Below are positions 1-8,122 of a DNA stretch of 59,626 bases, piece after piece (within the stretch, counting starts at the first letter, position 1; each line of letters opens with the position of its first letter). Both the position numbers and the translations under genes were made by a program. This DNA comes from a virus. Its lineage: Duplodnaviria; Caudoviricetes. Below the pieces are notes generated by a model. The model saw only the letters and a program-made list of their open reading frames with translations, was not told the DNA's origin and ran no database searches. Location: positions 1 through 59,626 of IMG/VR virus record IMGVR_UViG_3300017706_002637; one strand, given 5' to 3'.

Positions 1-243
1 AAATATTTCTTGGTCTTCAAAGAGAGTATGTTTTAAGTCTACAGAGGATAAATCTCCATATAGATATTCATCAACCGTGTCTATTGCGTAGCCAGCCGCA
101 AACCCTCCGGCGGTATACTTTGCTCCAGACGTAAGAATTCTTATTATACCACCCAACATTGCGGTTTTATTTATAGATCTTTTTTCAAGAATATTAAAAA
201 GATCAATCTCTGATCTCGAGGACCCAACTTTATTTATCTTCAT
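1..243 (-). CDS. Partial putative virion/head protein (runs off the window edge)
   Basis: ATG at 243 overlaps the end of the upstream gene. The frame is open to base 1: MKINKVGSSRSEIDLFNILEKRSINKTAMLGGIIRILTSGAKYTAGGFAAGYAID... It carries the INKTA motif and is not in the ORF track. Confidence 0.75.
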   Translation of the reverse strand, partial: MKINKVGSSRSEIDLFNILEKRSINKTAMLGGIIRILTSGAKYTAGGFAAGYAIDTVDEYLYGDLSSVDLKHTLFEDQEIF

Positions 244-673
244 TTATCGCCTCTTTTATTTCAGCAACGGCTCTCTCTATTTTGTAGGCAAGTTTTAAAT
301 TTCCAGACATTCCTGCATCATAAGCCATTGCAGATAATTCTTTAATTTGTTGCTCAAAATACTCTTCTTCCTCTATCTTTTCTTCATCATCTGCAGAGTT
401 TTTAGACACAGTTACGCTTACATTGTCATTCGAAACCTGCTCTAGTACTTCGTGATCGGAAGTATTATTTACCTGATCATTTATGTCTTTTATCGTGGTA
501 TTAAGTTTTTCCCCCGCAGTATTTGCAGAGTTTAAAGTTTGCTCTAGCTCATTAATTTTCGCAGTCTTCTGAGCCAGCTCTATCTTATTATAGTTTTCAA
601 TTATTTTATTTTCCATATTTTTGAAAACTTCGGAAAGGTTAAACATTTTTCTATCTTCTTTAGGCCAAGACAT
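230..673 (-). CDS. Hypothetical head-module protein with C-terminal helical-hairpin tag
   Basis: 147 aa with a GGAG RBS. Contains QKTAK and C-terminal ELSAMAYDAGMSGNLKLAYKIE. Preceded by a TACTAATAA motif. Confidence 0.7.
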   Translation of the reverse strand: MSWPKEDRKMFNLSEVFKNMENKIIENYNKIELAQKTAKINELEQTLNSANTAGEKLNTTIKDINDQVNNTSDHEVLEQVSNDNVSVTVSKNSADDEEKIEEEEYFEQQIKELSAMAYDAGMSGNLKLAYKIERAVAEIKEAINEDK

Positions 674-702
674 ATTATCTCCAAATTATATTTTTTATAT
701 TT

Positions 703-711
703 TTATTAGTA
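703..711 (-). promoter_or_regulatory. Putative late-promoter motif TACTAATAA
   Basis: TAYTAAT motif 30 nt before the ATG at 673. It recurs at similar spacing before four other genes. Confidence 0.55.
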
Positions 712-717
712 GCAAAA

Positions 718-1314
718 TTAATCTTCTGAATAATATTCGCTATCCTCATCCTCATCTTCATCAGCAAGAAACTCGATTGGTGCTTTATAATCAATTATAG
801 ATTTAGCAGAAATAATCCACTTATCGCTTGGATTAGAGCTAGCCACATAAACTGCGTTCAGAGAAGTTCTGGGACCAGTTAGCTCCATATCTGAATATAT
901 ATAAAGATTTTGATTTTCAGAAGATAAAATTTGAGGATCAATTATTAAAACTATAAGTTCATCATCACTAGATACGCTTCCAATTATGGCATCTTGGTCT
1001 TGGTAAGAAGACATTGTGGCTATCATAACAGAATCTAGATCTGAGAAAAAATAGGCTCTAAGCTCTTCCTCTCCATTATCACTAAGATATTTGTCGCCGA
1101 GGTCTAGTGAAGAAGATCTAATTTTGATGCCATCCGACAGGTACTCTTCGAGCTTTGACTTCTTCCCAACTCTATAAAGAGGGGTATGTCTGCTGGATAA
1201 AGATGATATCGGCGATCTATCTTCTGGATTAACAAGATCATTAGCAAGTTTATTCAGATAATAAAAATCTTTTTCTTCAAAACGTTTTTTAATTTTATTC
1301 AATAATTTTTTCAT
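718..1314 (-). CDS. ADP-ribosyltransferase-fold-like protein (Tpt1/KptA/DUF952-like pattern)
   Basis: Probable start is MKKLL at 1314 (GAGG RBS). Motifs PLYRVG...LSDGIK, AYFFSD, LIVLIID and IISAKSI follow the ART-fold strand pattern. Acidic tail. Confidence 0.4.
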   Translation of the reverse strand: MKKLLNKIKKRFEEKDFYYLNKLANDLVNPEDRSPISSLSSRHTPLYRVGKKSKLEEYLSDGIKIRSSSLDLGDKYLSDNGEEELRAYFFSDLDSVMIATMSSYQDQDAIIGSVSSDDELIVLIIDPQILSSENQNLYIYSDMELTGPRTSLNAVYVASSNPSDKWIISAKSIIDYKAPIEFLADEDEDEDSEYYSED

Positions 1315-1321
1315 AAAAACC

Positions 1322-2014
1322 TCATAAAAGCATAAACTCCAAACTTCCAACCGCAGCAGTTGGAGGTCCCGTACATATTGCTACGCCAGGATGAGATTCT
1401 GTTGGCTGCTTAGAGGTCAACTTTCCTCCCAATCCAACATATAAAGTTGCGTTTAGAGGGTATATCTCTGTTGTGTCAAATTGGTCTGTCGCGTAGATAC
1501 CCCTTTGATAGTGAACTGTCATCCTTCCGGTACCCATAGTTGAGTCATCTCCGGGTTTCCCAAACACTCTATATATATAATTGACGATTATCCTAAAAGA
1601 ATCATTCTGTCCATCACCATCAGAGTCATAGTTAAGCTCTGTTCCTGCTGGGACTGTAACAATTCCATTTATTGGATTAAGAATTACTGATGTTGTTGAC
1701 ACAAAACTTGACTCTATAATACTTGGATTTTCCAAAACTCCAGTTAGATCTTCTATAGATACACGATTTCCATTTGAGTCTATTTCAGATGAGTTTGAGT
1801 TTATTATAATTATTTCGTCTACTTTTGGTTTGGTGAAAGAAGCAGTTCTTATGTCATCTATAATTCCCAGGGGTGCGGTTCCATCTGAAACCGAAGCGAC
1901 TATGTCATTTCCAATCAAACCTAACTGAGCAAACATACCAGGTTCGAACTCGGCGGTTGGATCTGCATTTAATGACAAAGGAAGGGAATTCCCAGAATGT
2001 ATTATCTTAAGCAT
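1322..2014 (-). CDS. Putative capsid decoration/cement protein
   Basis: Beta-rich 230 aa protein in the head module. FEPGM..., PLGIIDD, DDSTMGTGRMTV, YATDQFD and LYVGLGGKLT resemble beta-tulip decoration proteins. GGAG RBS. Confidence 0.55.
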   Translation of the reverse strand: MLKIIHSGNSLPLSLNADPTAEFEPGMFAQLGLIGNDIVASVSDGTAPLGIIDDIRTASFTKPKVDEIIIINSNSSEIDSNGNRVSIEDLTGVLENPSIIESSFVSTTSVILNPINGIVTVPAGTELNYDSDGDGQNDSFRIIVNYIYRVFGKPGDDSTMGTGRMTVHYQRGIYATDQFDTTEIYPLNATLYVGLGGKLTSKQPTESHPGVAICTGPPTAAVGSLEFMLL

Positions 2015-2039
2015 AATTGATCTCCATAAACTTACATCT

Positions 2040-2048
2040 TTATTAGTA
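2040..2048 (-). promoter_or_regulatory. Putative late-promoter motif TACTAATAA
   Basis: 26 nt before the ATG at 2014, directly after a terminator. Confidence 0.55.
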
Positions 2049-2082
2049 TATACTATTATACAAAATAATTCATTATAAAAAT

Positions 2083-2113
2083 AAAAAAAGCAGAGAAAAA
2101 ATTCTCTGCTTTT
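2083..2113 (-). terminator. Rho-independent terminator
   Basis: AAAAGCAGAGAA/TTCTCTGCTTTT stem with a U-tract on the minus strand, downstream of the 2138 stop. Confidence 0.85.
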
Positions 2114-2137
2114 ATATTTAAGACTATTATGTTCGAG

Positions 2138-2908
2138 CTATTTCTTACAAAGTGATTTGTATTTTGAAGCATCATCAACAATAATTAGCAAGCCATCTTT
2201 TCCTTTAAAAGTAATTTCACACTTTCCAACGCCATCCTTTACGCTAGTCTTAGTGTTTTTAATGTGATATTTTGTAAGAATATCCAGTCTTTTAAAAGGA
2301 TCAGAGACTTCTTTCAACTCAGACTCAGCCTTAGAAGCGTACTCTTTTGCCTTAGATTCGCCATCAGGCTTGGGGAGCTCCGGCTTATCCATTTCATCAA
2401 ATGCGTCTTCCATTTCAGCAAAAGGATCTCTTGCAATTTTAGACATAGTTGCTTCAACTAAGTCTGCCGCAAATCTATCTTTAGTCCTCAATTCAGAGGC
2501 AATTTTGCTCAGCTCAGAAACTACAGATTCTGCCTTGTTGTGCTTTTGAGAAGCCTCTTTGCTTATAGATATGGCCGTAGCCTCAACTACATCTGCCGCA
2601 AAGTCTTCGCCTTCACCTCTAAGGCTTGCTGCAATCTTGCCAAGACCCGACATCAGAGACGCCATTTTTGGATCATGGGCCAAATTCATTCTATCTTTTG
2701 CCTCAGAAATTTCGTCCATAGAATGGTGCCTAACTTCATCTTCAGATTCATTTATCATCATATCGGCAGCAAGATTAGCTAGACCTTCATCTTTATCATG
2801 CGACATAGAACAGTCAGACTCTTCTTTTGATGCAGTCTTTTTAATATTCTTTTTTATAAGATTATTAAAAATATTTGCTATTTCATCACCAGATTGTTTT
2901 CTAAACAT
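2138..2908 (-). CDS. Putative internal head protein with two helical-hairpin tags and several K-x-A motifs
   Basis: ATG at 2908. Two copies of L[GS]KIAx[SE]LR...FAAD[VL]VEAT, plus IKKTAS, ISKEAS and MSKIAR. Confidence 0.65.
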   Translation of the reverse strand: MFRKQSGDEIANIFNNLIKKNIKKTASKEESDCSMSHDKDEGLANLAADMMINESEDEVRHHSMDEISEAKDRMNLAHDPKMASLMSGLGKIAASLRGEGEDFAADVVEATAISISKEASQKHNKAESVVSELSKIASELRTKDRFAADLVEATMSKIARDPFAEMEDAFDEMDKPELPKPDGESKAKEYASKAESELKEVSDPFKRLDILTKYHIKNTKTSVKDGVGKCEITFKGKDGLLIIVDDASKYKSLCKK

Positions 2909-2920
2909 AACCAAAACCCC

Positions 2921-4957
2921 TTATTTTTCCCACATTTTTGACAATGAAGATACATCTAAATTTCTTTCGGCTCTAGAGGCAACCTTTTCTATTTGAGACT
3001 CGTCATTTCCGAAGTTCAATCCTCCAAGATCGTTTGCAACCTTTATAGTCGAAACAGCCTTCGTATTTGCGACAGTTCTCTTGAATGCCTCAAATGCTCT
3101 GCTGTCAAAATTCATCATGTCATCAACTTGTCTATCGAGCGCAGCTTTTGAGTTTGAAATCAAACCTTTTTTCTGCATCTCAAGAGAGAGGTCGTACGCT
3201 CTTCTGAGCTTAATCTTGTAGTCGTCTTTGGTCTGCTCTTTTTGCTTATTTGCAAAAGAATCTTTTAGCCTGGTCTTAATATAGTCTTTTCTTTCCATCA
3301 GCTCATCTTCAATTTTTGCAGTTTTTTGAGTTTCTTCAGATGAAGACTTTTTAAATTCAGAAGAAAGATCAACTTTTTTCTTTGCAGACTTAAGAATTGC
3401 TTCTCTTTTTGCCTTTCTAAGCTCAAGAGCTTCCTTTATCAATGAGTCCACTCCACTTGCAGCCTCGGTGGTCATGTCGTGCGCCATTCCCATATCTTTT
3501 GACAATTCATCTTCAGCCATGTGATCGTGATCTTCAGCCATGTGCTTGTGGTCGTGATCTTTGGACATGTGATCGTGATCTTCAGCCATGTGCTTGTGGT
3601 CTTTGGCATAGCTAGACTTCTTTTGAATTTTAGCTTTAGCTTTTTTGTAAAAACCGAAGTTTTGAGAAGCCATAGATAAGATAGCTTTTGACTGCCCGAT
3701 GGTTTCAACTGAATCATCATAAGCGTCAGATGCGAGACTTACGAAAGATCTTTTTTGCGAAGAGGAAAGTTTTCCGATGTTCTCGTAAGTTTCGCTAACC
3801 ATAGCCATTTCGTCGGCAGTTTGGTCTAACTCAGCGAGAGCAACTTTAAGCTTTCCAAGGGTAGATGCAGCGAGAGCTTCCATTTCTTGAGCCTCACCCT
3901 GTGGTTCTTCTCCGACATTGACATTTACATCAACATCAGTCATTTTTTCATCTTCCATCTTTGCTTTCAGATCTTGAATCTCAGAGATCAAGTTCTCCAT
4001 TTCCAAAAGTTTATCATCAATAAGTTCACTTGGACTTTTGTCATCTTCTTCGGCCACAGGCTCTTCTACAGGCATGTCTTCGCCGGCTAAGTCTAAGGCG
4101 GGCTCTTCTGAAGGCATGTCTTCACCCATCTCTGGCATAGCTGGCATCTCTGGTGCAGCACCCATCTCTGGCATAGCTGGCATCTCTGGCATCTCTGGCA
4201 TAGCAGGGGCTTCTTGTGCTGACTTCAAAATAGACTTAACGTAATTAATTCCGCTTGATCTAACTTCTTTGCATACTTCTTGGCCATACTCTCTGCTGTT
4301 TAACCATCTCCAGTTTCTGTTAAGATCCGGTCCATAAATATCTCTTGCCTTAACAGATATAACTTTTTGGTCTCCGGCAAAAACTTGAAATACGGAGTTT
4401 TTTCTATCCACAGAACCATTCTGTCTTTTCTTGAGAAGAAGTCTGGTCCTCAAAGAAGGACCGGTATATCCAGCCTTTTTTGAAATAGGATTTCTTGACC
4501 CGGCTCTAGAAATCTTCTGCTTTCTTTCCAAGTCACCAGGAAACAAACCTTCTGCAGATCCCATAGACCCAGTTTGGTGCATATGCTTATCTTGAGTATT
4601 TCTTACGTTATTAGCAGAGCTACCCTCGTCCTTATATCCGGCAGGCTCTCTATGCGCCTTGTTATCAACAGAGTCTCCACCTTGCATGTAAGCATTCCTT
4701 CTGAGACTTCTCTCTTTTAGGTCAGCTCTTGACATTTTCTGCTTAGACTCTAAATCACCAGGAAACAAACCTTCTGCAGATCCCATAGATCCAGTTTGTT
4801 GCATTTGCTTATCCTGAGTGTTTCTTGTATTGTTTGCAGCAGCGCCCTCGTCTTTAAAGCCAGCAGGTTCTCTGTGTGCTTTGTTGTCGACGGAATCGCC
4901 ACCTTGTAAATAAGCAAGTTTTCTTTTTGCTTCTCTTCTTTTGCTAAATCTAGACAT
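2921..4957 (-). CDS. Putative nested scaffold protein (in-frame internal start, Met382)
   Basis: GGAGG at 4966-4970 lies 8 nt before an in-frame ATG at 4957. A TTAAGTATAA promoter-like motif sits at 4981-4990. Confidence 0.55.
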   Translation of the reverse strand: MSRFSKRREAKRKLAYLQGGDSVDNKAHREPAGFKDEGAAANNTRNTQDKQMQQTGSMGSAEGLFPGDLESKQKMSRADLKERSLRRNAYMQGGDSVDNKAHREPAGYKDEGSSANNVRNTQDKHMHQTGSMGSAEGLFPGDLERKQKISRAGSRNPISKKAGYTGPSLRTRLLLKKRQNGSVDRKNSVFQVFAGDQKVISVKARDIYGPDLNRNWRWLNSREYGQEVCKEVRSSGINYVKSILKSAQEAPAMPEMPEMPAMPEMGAAPEMPAMPEMGEDMPSEEPALDLAGEDMPVEEPVAEEDDKSPSELIDDKLLEMENLISEIQDLKAKMEDEKMTDVDVNVNVGEEPQGEAQEMEALAASTLGKLKVALAELDQTADEMAMVSETYENIGKLSSSQKRSFVSLASDAYDDSVETIGQSKAILSMASQNFGFYKKAKAKIQKKSSYAKDHKHMAEDHDHMSKDHDHKHMAEDHDHMAEDELSKDMGMAHDMTTEAASGVDSLIKEALELRKAKREAILKSAKKKVDLSSEFKKSSSEETQKTAKIEDELMERKDYIKTRLKDSFANKQKEQTKDDYKIKLRRAYDLSLEMQKKGLISNSKAALDRQVDDMMNFDSRAFEAFKRTVANTKAVSTIKVANDLGGLNFGNDESQIEKVASRAERNLDVSSLSKMWEK

Positions 4958-6100
4958 TTTAATATCCTCCAATGCTTCTTTTATACTTAATTTAATATTT
5001 GAATTTGCCAATTTTGTTTCAGTCTCTTGGGCTTCATAGTTTACAGTCTTGTTTGAGTCGGGAGTTTTCAAAGATTCAATAACCTCTCCTTCCTCAACAA
5101 AATCATTTGAGTTACCCATAGAGTAACCCCTTCCATAAAACTCATCATGAAATCCTTCGCTTTCTTGGCTAGGATCGTAAGAAGAAGTTTTAATCATTCC
5201 ATTATTGCCAAGAAAAGACTTAACAATTCTATCTCTTTTTTCAATAGAACATCCGTTATCACCACAGGCTGATTTCATTATAGAGTCAAGATGTTCGGCT
5301 TGTTTTCCCGAAAGAGATCCAAGCATATTATCTACATTTTCTATTCCCATTCTAGAAAAATCACTTTTGTACTTATTCAAAGAAGCGATACATTTAAGAA
5401 GGACGGCTCCAGGTTCTGCAGGCTGAACGACCAAAGAATACTCTATGGGTTTCAGTCCAACATTAATTTCGCCATATGCAGACCTATTGTTTACGTGAGT
5501 GCAATAATTATCTGGAGTTGTCGCAATGTTGCAACACTCAGAACAGACAGATCTCTCTACTGCGGTACCCATACTTCCAAATCTAACTATTCCGGTTTCA
5601 ACCTTTCTTGCTAGATCCGGATAGTTAATTCTATCGAGCGCACACAAACCAACTACTTGTTTAAACTTTTCATCATAATAAGTGTCTAAGATTATACCTC
5701 TAACTCCATCAACTGATGAAGACTCATGATCTCTGCAAAGAGGAAGCCCGATCCACTTAGATGACGCTTTTTTCAATTCAGACTCAGGAAATATATCAGA
5801 GTTATTATTCCTGTGAGGCTTGACATTTCCATGCCACTTCCAGTTTTCATCAAAATAACCCCAAGCTTTTTCGCCGCTCGAAGTTTTCTTTATCTCGCCA
5901 TCTTCATCCAGCAGTGCGGCCTCTGCAGATTTTAAAAATATTATAGAAAAATATAAGAAATCATCAGATTTTGGACTAACACTCTTTATTCCGTGAGCAA
6001 TCTTATCCATTCTTTTGAGTATCTTTGGGCTAGCCTTTACTTGCTTAAGCTCGCTTCCTTCTAATACTTTAAAGTTATTTGTGCTTTTTTTAATAATCAT
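2921..6100 (-). CDS. Prohead maturation protease fused to scaffold region
   Basis: N-terminal HK97/herpes-type protease signature (LCRDHES, RGIILD, RFGSMG, IEYSLV..PA) with an inserted CxxC..CxH zinc finger. Acidic, coiled-coil, repeat-rich C-terminal two-thirds. Located downstream of terL and portal. Confidence 0.75.
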   Translation of the reverse strand: MIIKKSTNNFKVLEGSELKQVKASPKILKRMDKIAHGIKSVSPKSDDFLYFSIIFLKSAEAALLDEDGEIKKTSSGEKAWGYFDENWKWHGNVKPHRNNNSDIFPESELKKASSKWIGLPLCRDHESSSVDGVRGIILDTYYDEKFKQVVGLCALDRINYPDLARKVETGIVRFGSMGTAVERSVCSECCNIATTPDNYCTHVNNRSAYGEINVGLKPIEYSLVVQPAEPGAVLLKCIASLNKYKSDFSRMGIENVDNMLGSLSGKQAEHLDSIMKSACGDNGCSIEKRDRIVKSFLGNNGMIKTSSYDPSQESEGFHDEFYGRGYSMGNSNDFVEEGEVIESLKTPDSNKTVNYEAQETETKLANSNIKLSIKEALEDIKMSRFSKRREAKRKLAYLQGGDSVDNKAHREPAGFKDEGAAANNTRNTQDKQMQQTGSMGSAEGLFPGDLESKQKMSRADLKERSLRRNAYMQGGDSVDNKAHREPAGYKDEGSSANNVRNTQDKHMHQTGSMGSAEGLFPGDLERKQKISRAGSRNPISKKAGYTGPSLRTRLLLKKRQNGSVDRKNSVFQVFAGDQKVISVKARDIYGPDLNRNWRWLNSREYGQEVCKEVRSSGINYVKSILKSAQEAPAMPEMPEMPAMPEMGAAPEMPAMPEMGEDMPSEEPALDLAGEDMPVEEPVAEEDDKSPSELIDDKLLEMENLISEIQDLKAKMEDEKMTDVDVNVNVGEEPQGEAQEMEALAASTLGKLKVALAELDQTADEMAMVSETYENIGKLSSSQKRSFVSLASDAYDDSVETIGQSKAILSMASQNFGFYKKAKAKIQKKSSYAKDHKHMAEDHDHMSKDHDHKHMAEDHDHMAEDELSKDMGMAHDMTTEAASGVDSLIKEALELRKAKREAILKSAKKKVDLSSEFKKSSSEETQKTAKIEDELMERKDYIKTRLKDSFANKQKEQTKDDYKIKLRRAYDLSLEMQKKGLISNSKAALDRQVDDMMNFDSRAFEAFKRTVANTKAVSTIKVANDLGGLNFGNDESQIEKVASRAERNLDVSSLSKMWEK
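3510..3608 (-). repeat. His/Asp/Met-rich tandem peptide repeat (KDHKHMAEDHDHM)
   Basis: Repeated tcttcagccatgtg / gatcgtga units within the coding sequence. Confidence 0.9.
4110..4210 (-). repeat. MPEMPA low-complexity tandem repeat
   Basis: Repeated tctggcat units encode APAMPEMPEMPAMPEMGAAPEMPAMPEMG. Confidence 0.9.
4503..4916 (-). repeat. Two-copy 222-bp (74 aa) direct repeat within the scaffold region
   Basis: AY[LM]QGGDSVDNKAHREPAG[FY]KDEG...GSMGSAEGLFPGDLE.KQK.SRA occurs twice. An identical 35-mer starts at 4533 and 4755. Confidence 0.95.
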
Positions 6101-6160
6101 ATATATATACCTAAATTAAATTTTAATTTGGCCTCAACCAAATATACCAATAAATAATTT

Positions 6161-6189
6161 ATAATAATATTGTGTAATTTTTTATGCAA
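6161..6189 (-). promoter_or_regulatory. Possible sigma70-type promoter for the protease gene
   Basis: TTGCAT-N17-TATTAT on the minus strand, in a very AT-rich spacer. Confidence 0.35.
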
Positions 6190-6199
6190 ATCAACATTA

Positions 6200-8122
6200 T
6201 TATGATAAAATTAAAATCCCAAGTATGTGAGAGTGTATGAATTCCCTGCAACCCTTTATAGAATACTCGCAATCTTTCGAAAGATTCTTAAAGTTTTCAG
6301 TTTTTTCTGACAGCATATTAAAAAACTCAAGATCTTCAACCCTTTCGGTTAGATCAAAGATTCCGTTTAATATATCGGACAACTGAGCTGCAGACTGAGA
6401 CATCCCCTTTATAAGCCCCTCTGTCTGAGAGGCGTCCTTTATCTCATAAAGAATTTTCATTGCAGCTTTGACAGACTCAAGCATATCTTCATATTTTTCA
6501 ATAATTTTTTTCATAGACAGATGAAATTGAGCCTTTGAAGATTTTATCAAATCTTGATTATCTTTATGTGCGCTATAAGCGGATAAGTTCTGGTCTAGAT
6601 CATTTATTATGTTAGTGAGCTTTTTAATTGAGGACAAAAGCCTTTGGTCTGATTTTTTCGCAAGCTCTTTCGTAGATTCCGATACAGGAAACGATGCCAT
6701 CTTATAAATTGGACCACTTGTAAAGAATACTTTTTCTGAAGAATATTTATCTTTTAATATTTTAGAAACAGAAGAAAGCTTGCTTTCTTTTGTGCTTATT
6801 ATATCAAAATCTATATTTTTTACAGAAAATGAATCAAATAACTTTGATATTGCTATTTTGTTAACCAAAGTATCTTCTAAGTCTCCATATATAACTATTT
6901 TGTCAACAAATGGAAACTCTAGTGATTCTCTGCTTATCTTAGATAAATCAAAAGATGCGACCTTCACATTGCTATATTTAATACTGTCTGATTGAAATAA
7001 TTTAAAAGTATCCCACTTTATTTTTGATCCATTTAAAATAAAATCAGTTTTTCCCTTTGGAAATATGGTACCCTCGTCAATTGCCAATATAGAAGGAGAT
7101 GATATTTTCTGATCATATCTGGAAAGCTTTGCAGTTTTTGAAAAAGACTTTGTCGAAGGGCTTAGGGCATTAGATAAATCATCTTGAGACAGCTCACTTA
7201 ATTTGTTAAAATATATATAGTCACCTTCAGATATATTATTTTTAGTGCAGTAGCCTCCCGGTATTTCCAATACGGTTTTTGAATTCGCGCACCCAAATGT
7301 ACCCAAAGATCTCGGCTTGACATTTCCATAAACTTTTAATATTTTATTATTATCGTCTGCAAATATTATGTCTATTGGAAACTTAACTGTTCCCATATGA
7401 AAATACAAATCACTAGCTTTTCTGTATAAAAATAACATTCCAGAATTTGACTCAAGAACATCTCTGTCTTGCAACCCAGTAACTTTATCCTGATAATCTT
7501 CCGCTAAGTCACAAACGAAGCTGTGGTTACCGGAAATAACTACGTGGGCCATCTTGTCTCTTGAGTCTTTAGTTATTCTTATTAAAGAAGAATCCTCTCT
7601 ATTTTCAACTGAATTTTTTAATCTTTTGAAATTGCAATAATTTGCCAGAGAATTTATTATTTTTCTTTTTGCGCAAATTACAATATTTGAAACAGGATGG
7701 GAGCTCCTTTCTGCATTTTTTAAAAATAATTTGTAATCATCTTCGTTATCATAAAAATTATCAAGATAAATATTTTTAGCTCCAGATAAAATTGAGCTAT
7801 GCCTTAAATCTTCGTTAATTCCATTCCAGTTATTATTTATAATATTATTGTTCGAAATAATTACAGATTTTTTATTTCTTGCAATCTTTATCAAGTTATT
7901 TGTAGACTCTTTGCAGGCATAAATTACACCATCGCTTTCTAGTACGTCCGAATGAGAGTCATTCTTATCAAACAAATAGTCGTAGCCGTAGTCCATTTCT
8001 TCGCCGTATTGAAAATCTCCGTCGGCAAAGGAATAATCATTCGCAGGAGGAATAAGTTCTTCATTCTCTGGATTAGGCTTACCTTTTATTTCTAAGTCTA
8101 CAAAAGATTTTTTTTTCATCAC
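6200..8122 (-). CDS. Multidomain head-module protein with a central DUF192 (UPF0127) domain
   Basis: DLAEDYQDKVTGLQDRDVL...GMLF...FHMGTVKFPIDIIF...VLEIPGG...ISEGD matches DUF192. C-terminal coiled coil and several K-x-A motifs. Confidence 0.75.
   Translation of the reverse strand: MMKKKSFVDLEIKGKPNPENEELIPPANDYSFADGDFQYGEEMDYGYDYLFDKNDSHSDVLESDGVIYACKESTNNLIKIARNKKSVIISNNNIINNNWNGINEDLRHSSILSGAKNIYLDNFYDNEDDYKLFLKNAERSSHPVSNIVICAKRKIINSLANYCNFKRLKNSVENREDSSLIRITKDSRDKMAHVVISGNHSFVCDLAEDYQDKVTGLQDRDVLESNSGMLFLYRKASDLYFHMGTVKFPIDIIFADDNNKILKVYGNVKPRSLGTFGCANSKTVLEIPGGYCTKNNISEGDYIYFNKLSELSQDDLSNALSPSTKSFSKTAKLSRYDQKISSPSILAIDEGTIFPKGKTDFILNGSKIKWDTFKLFQSDSIKYSNVKVASFDLSKISRESLEFPFVDKIVIYGDLEDTLVNKIAISKLFDSFSVKNIDFDIISTKESKLSSVSKILKDKYSSEKVFFTSGPIYKMASFPVSESTKELAKKSDQRLLSSIKKLTNIINDLDQNLSAYSAHKDNQDLIKSSKAQFHLSMKKIIEKYEDMLESVKAAMKILYEIKDASQTEGLIKGMSQSAAQLSDILNGIFDLTERVEDLEFFNMLSEKTENFKNLSKDCEYSIKGCREFIHSHILGILILS

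Noticed and set aside
3510-4210. Short tandem repeats as a CRISPR array
   Set aside because: They are codon-phase peptide repeats without unique spacers. The Cas4-like nuclease at 34142 has no cas1/cas2 or array nearby.
4503-4916. 222-bp direct repeat as a DGR template/variable pair
   Set aside because: Both copies are in frame in one gene, the differences are mostly silent and not adenine-specific, and no reverse transcriptase is present.
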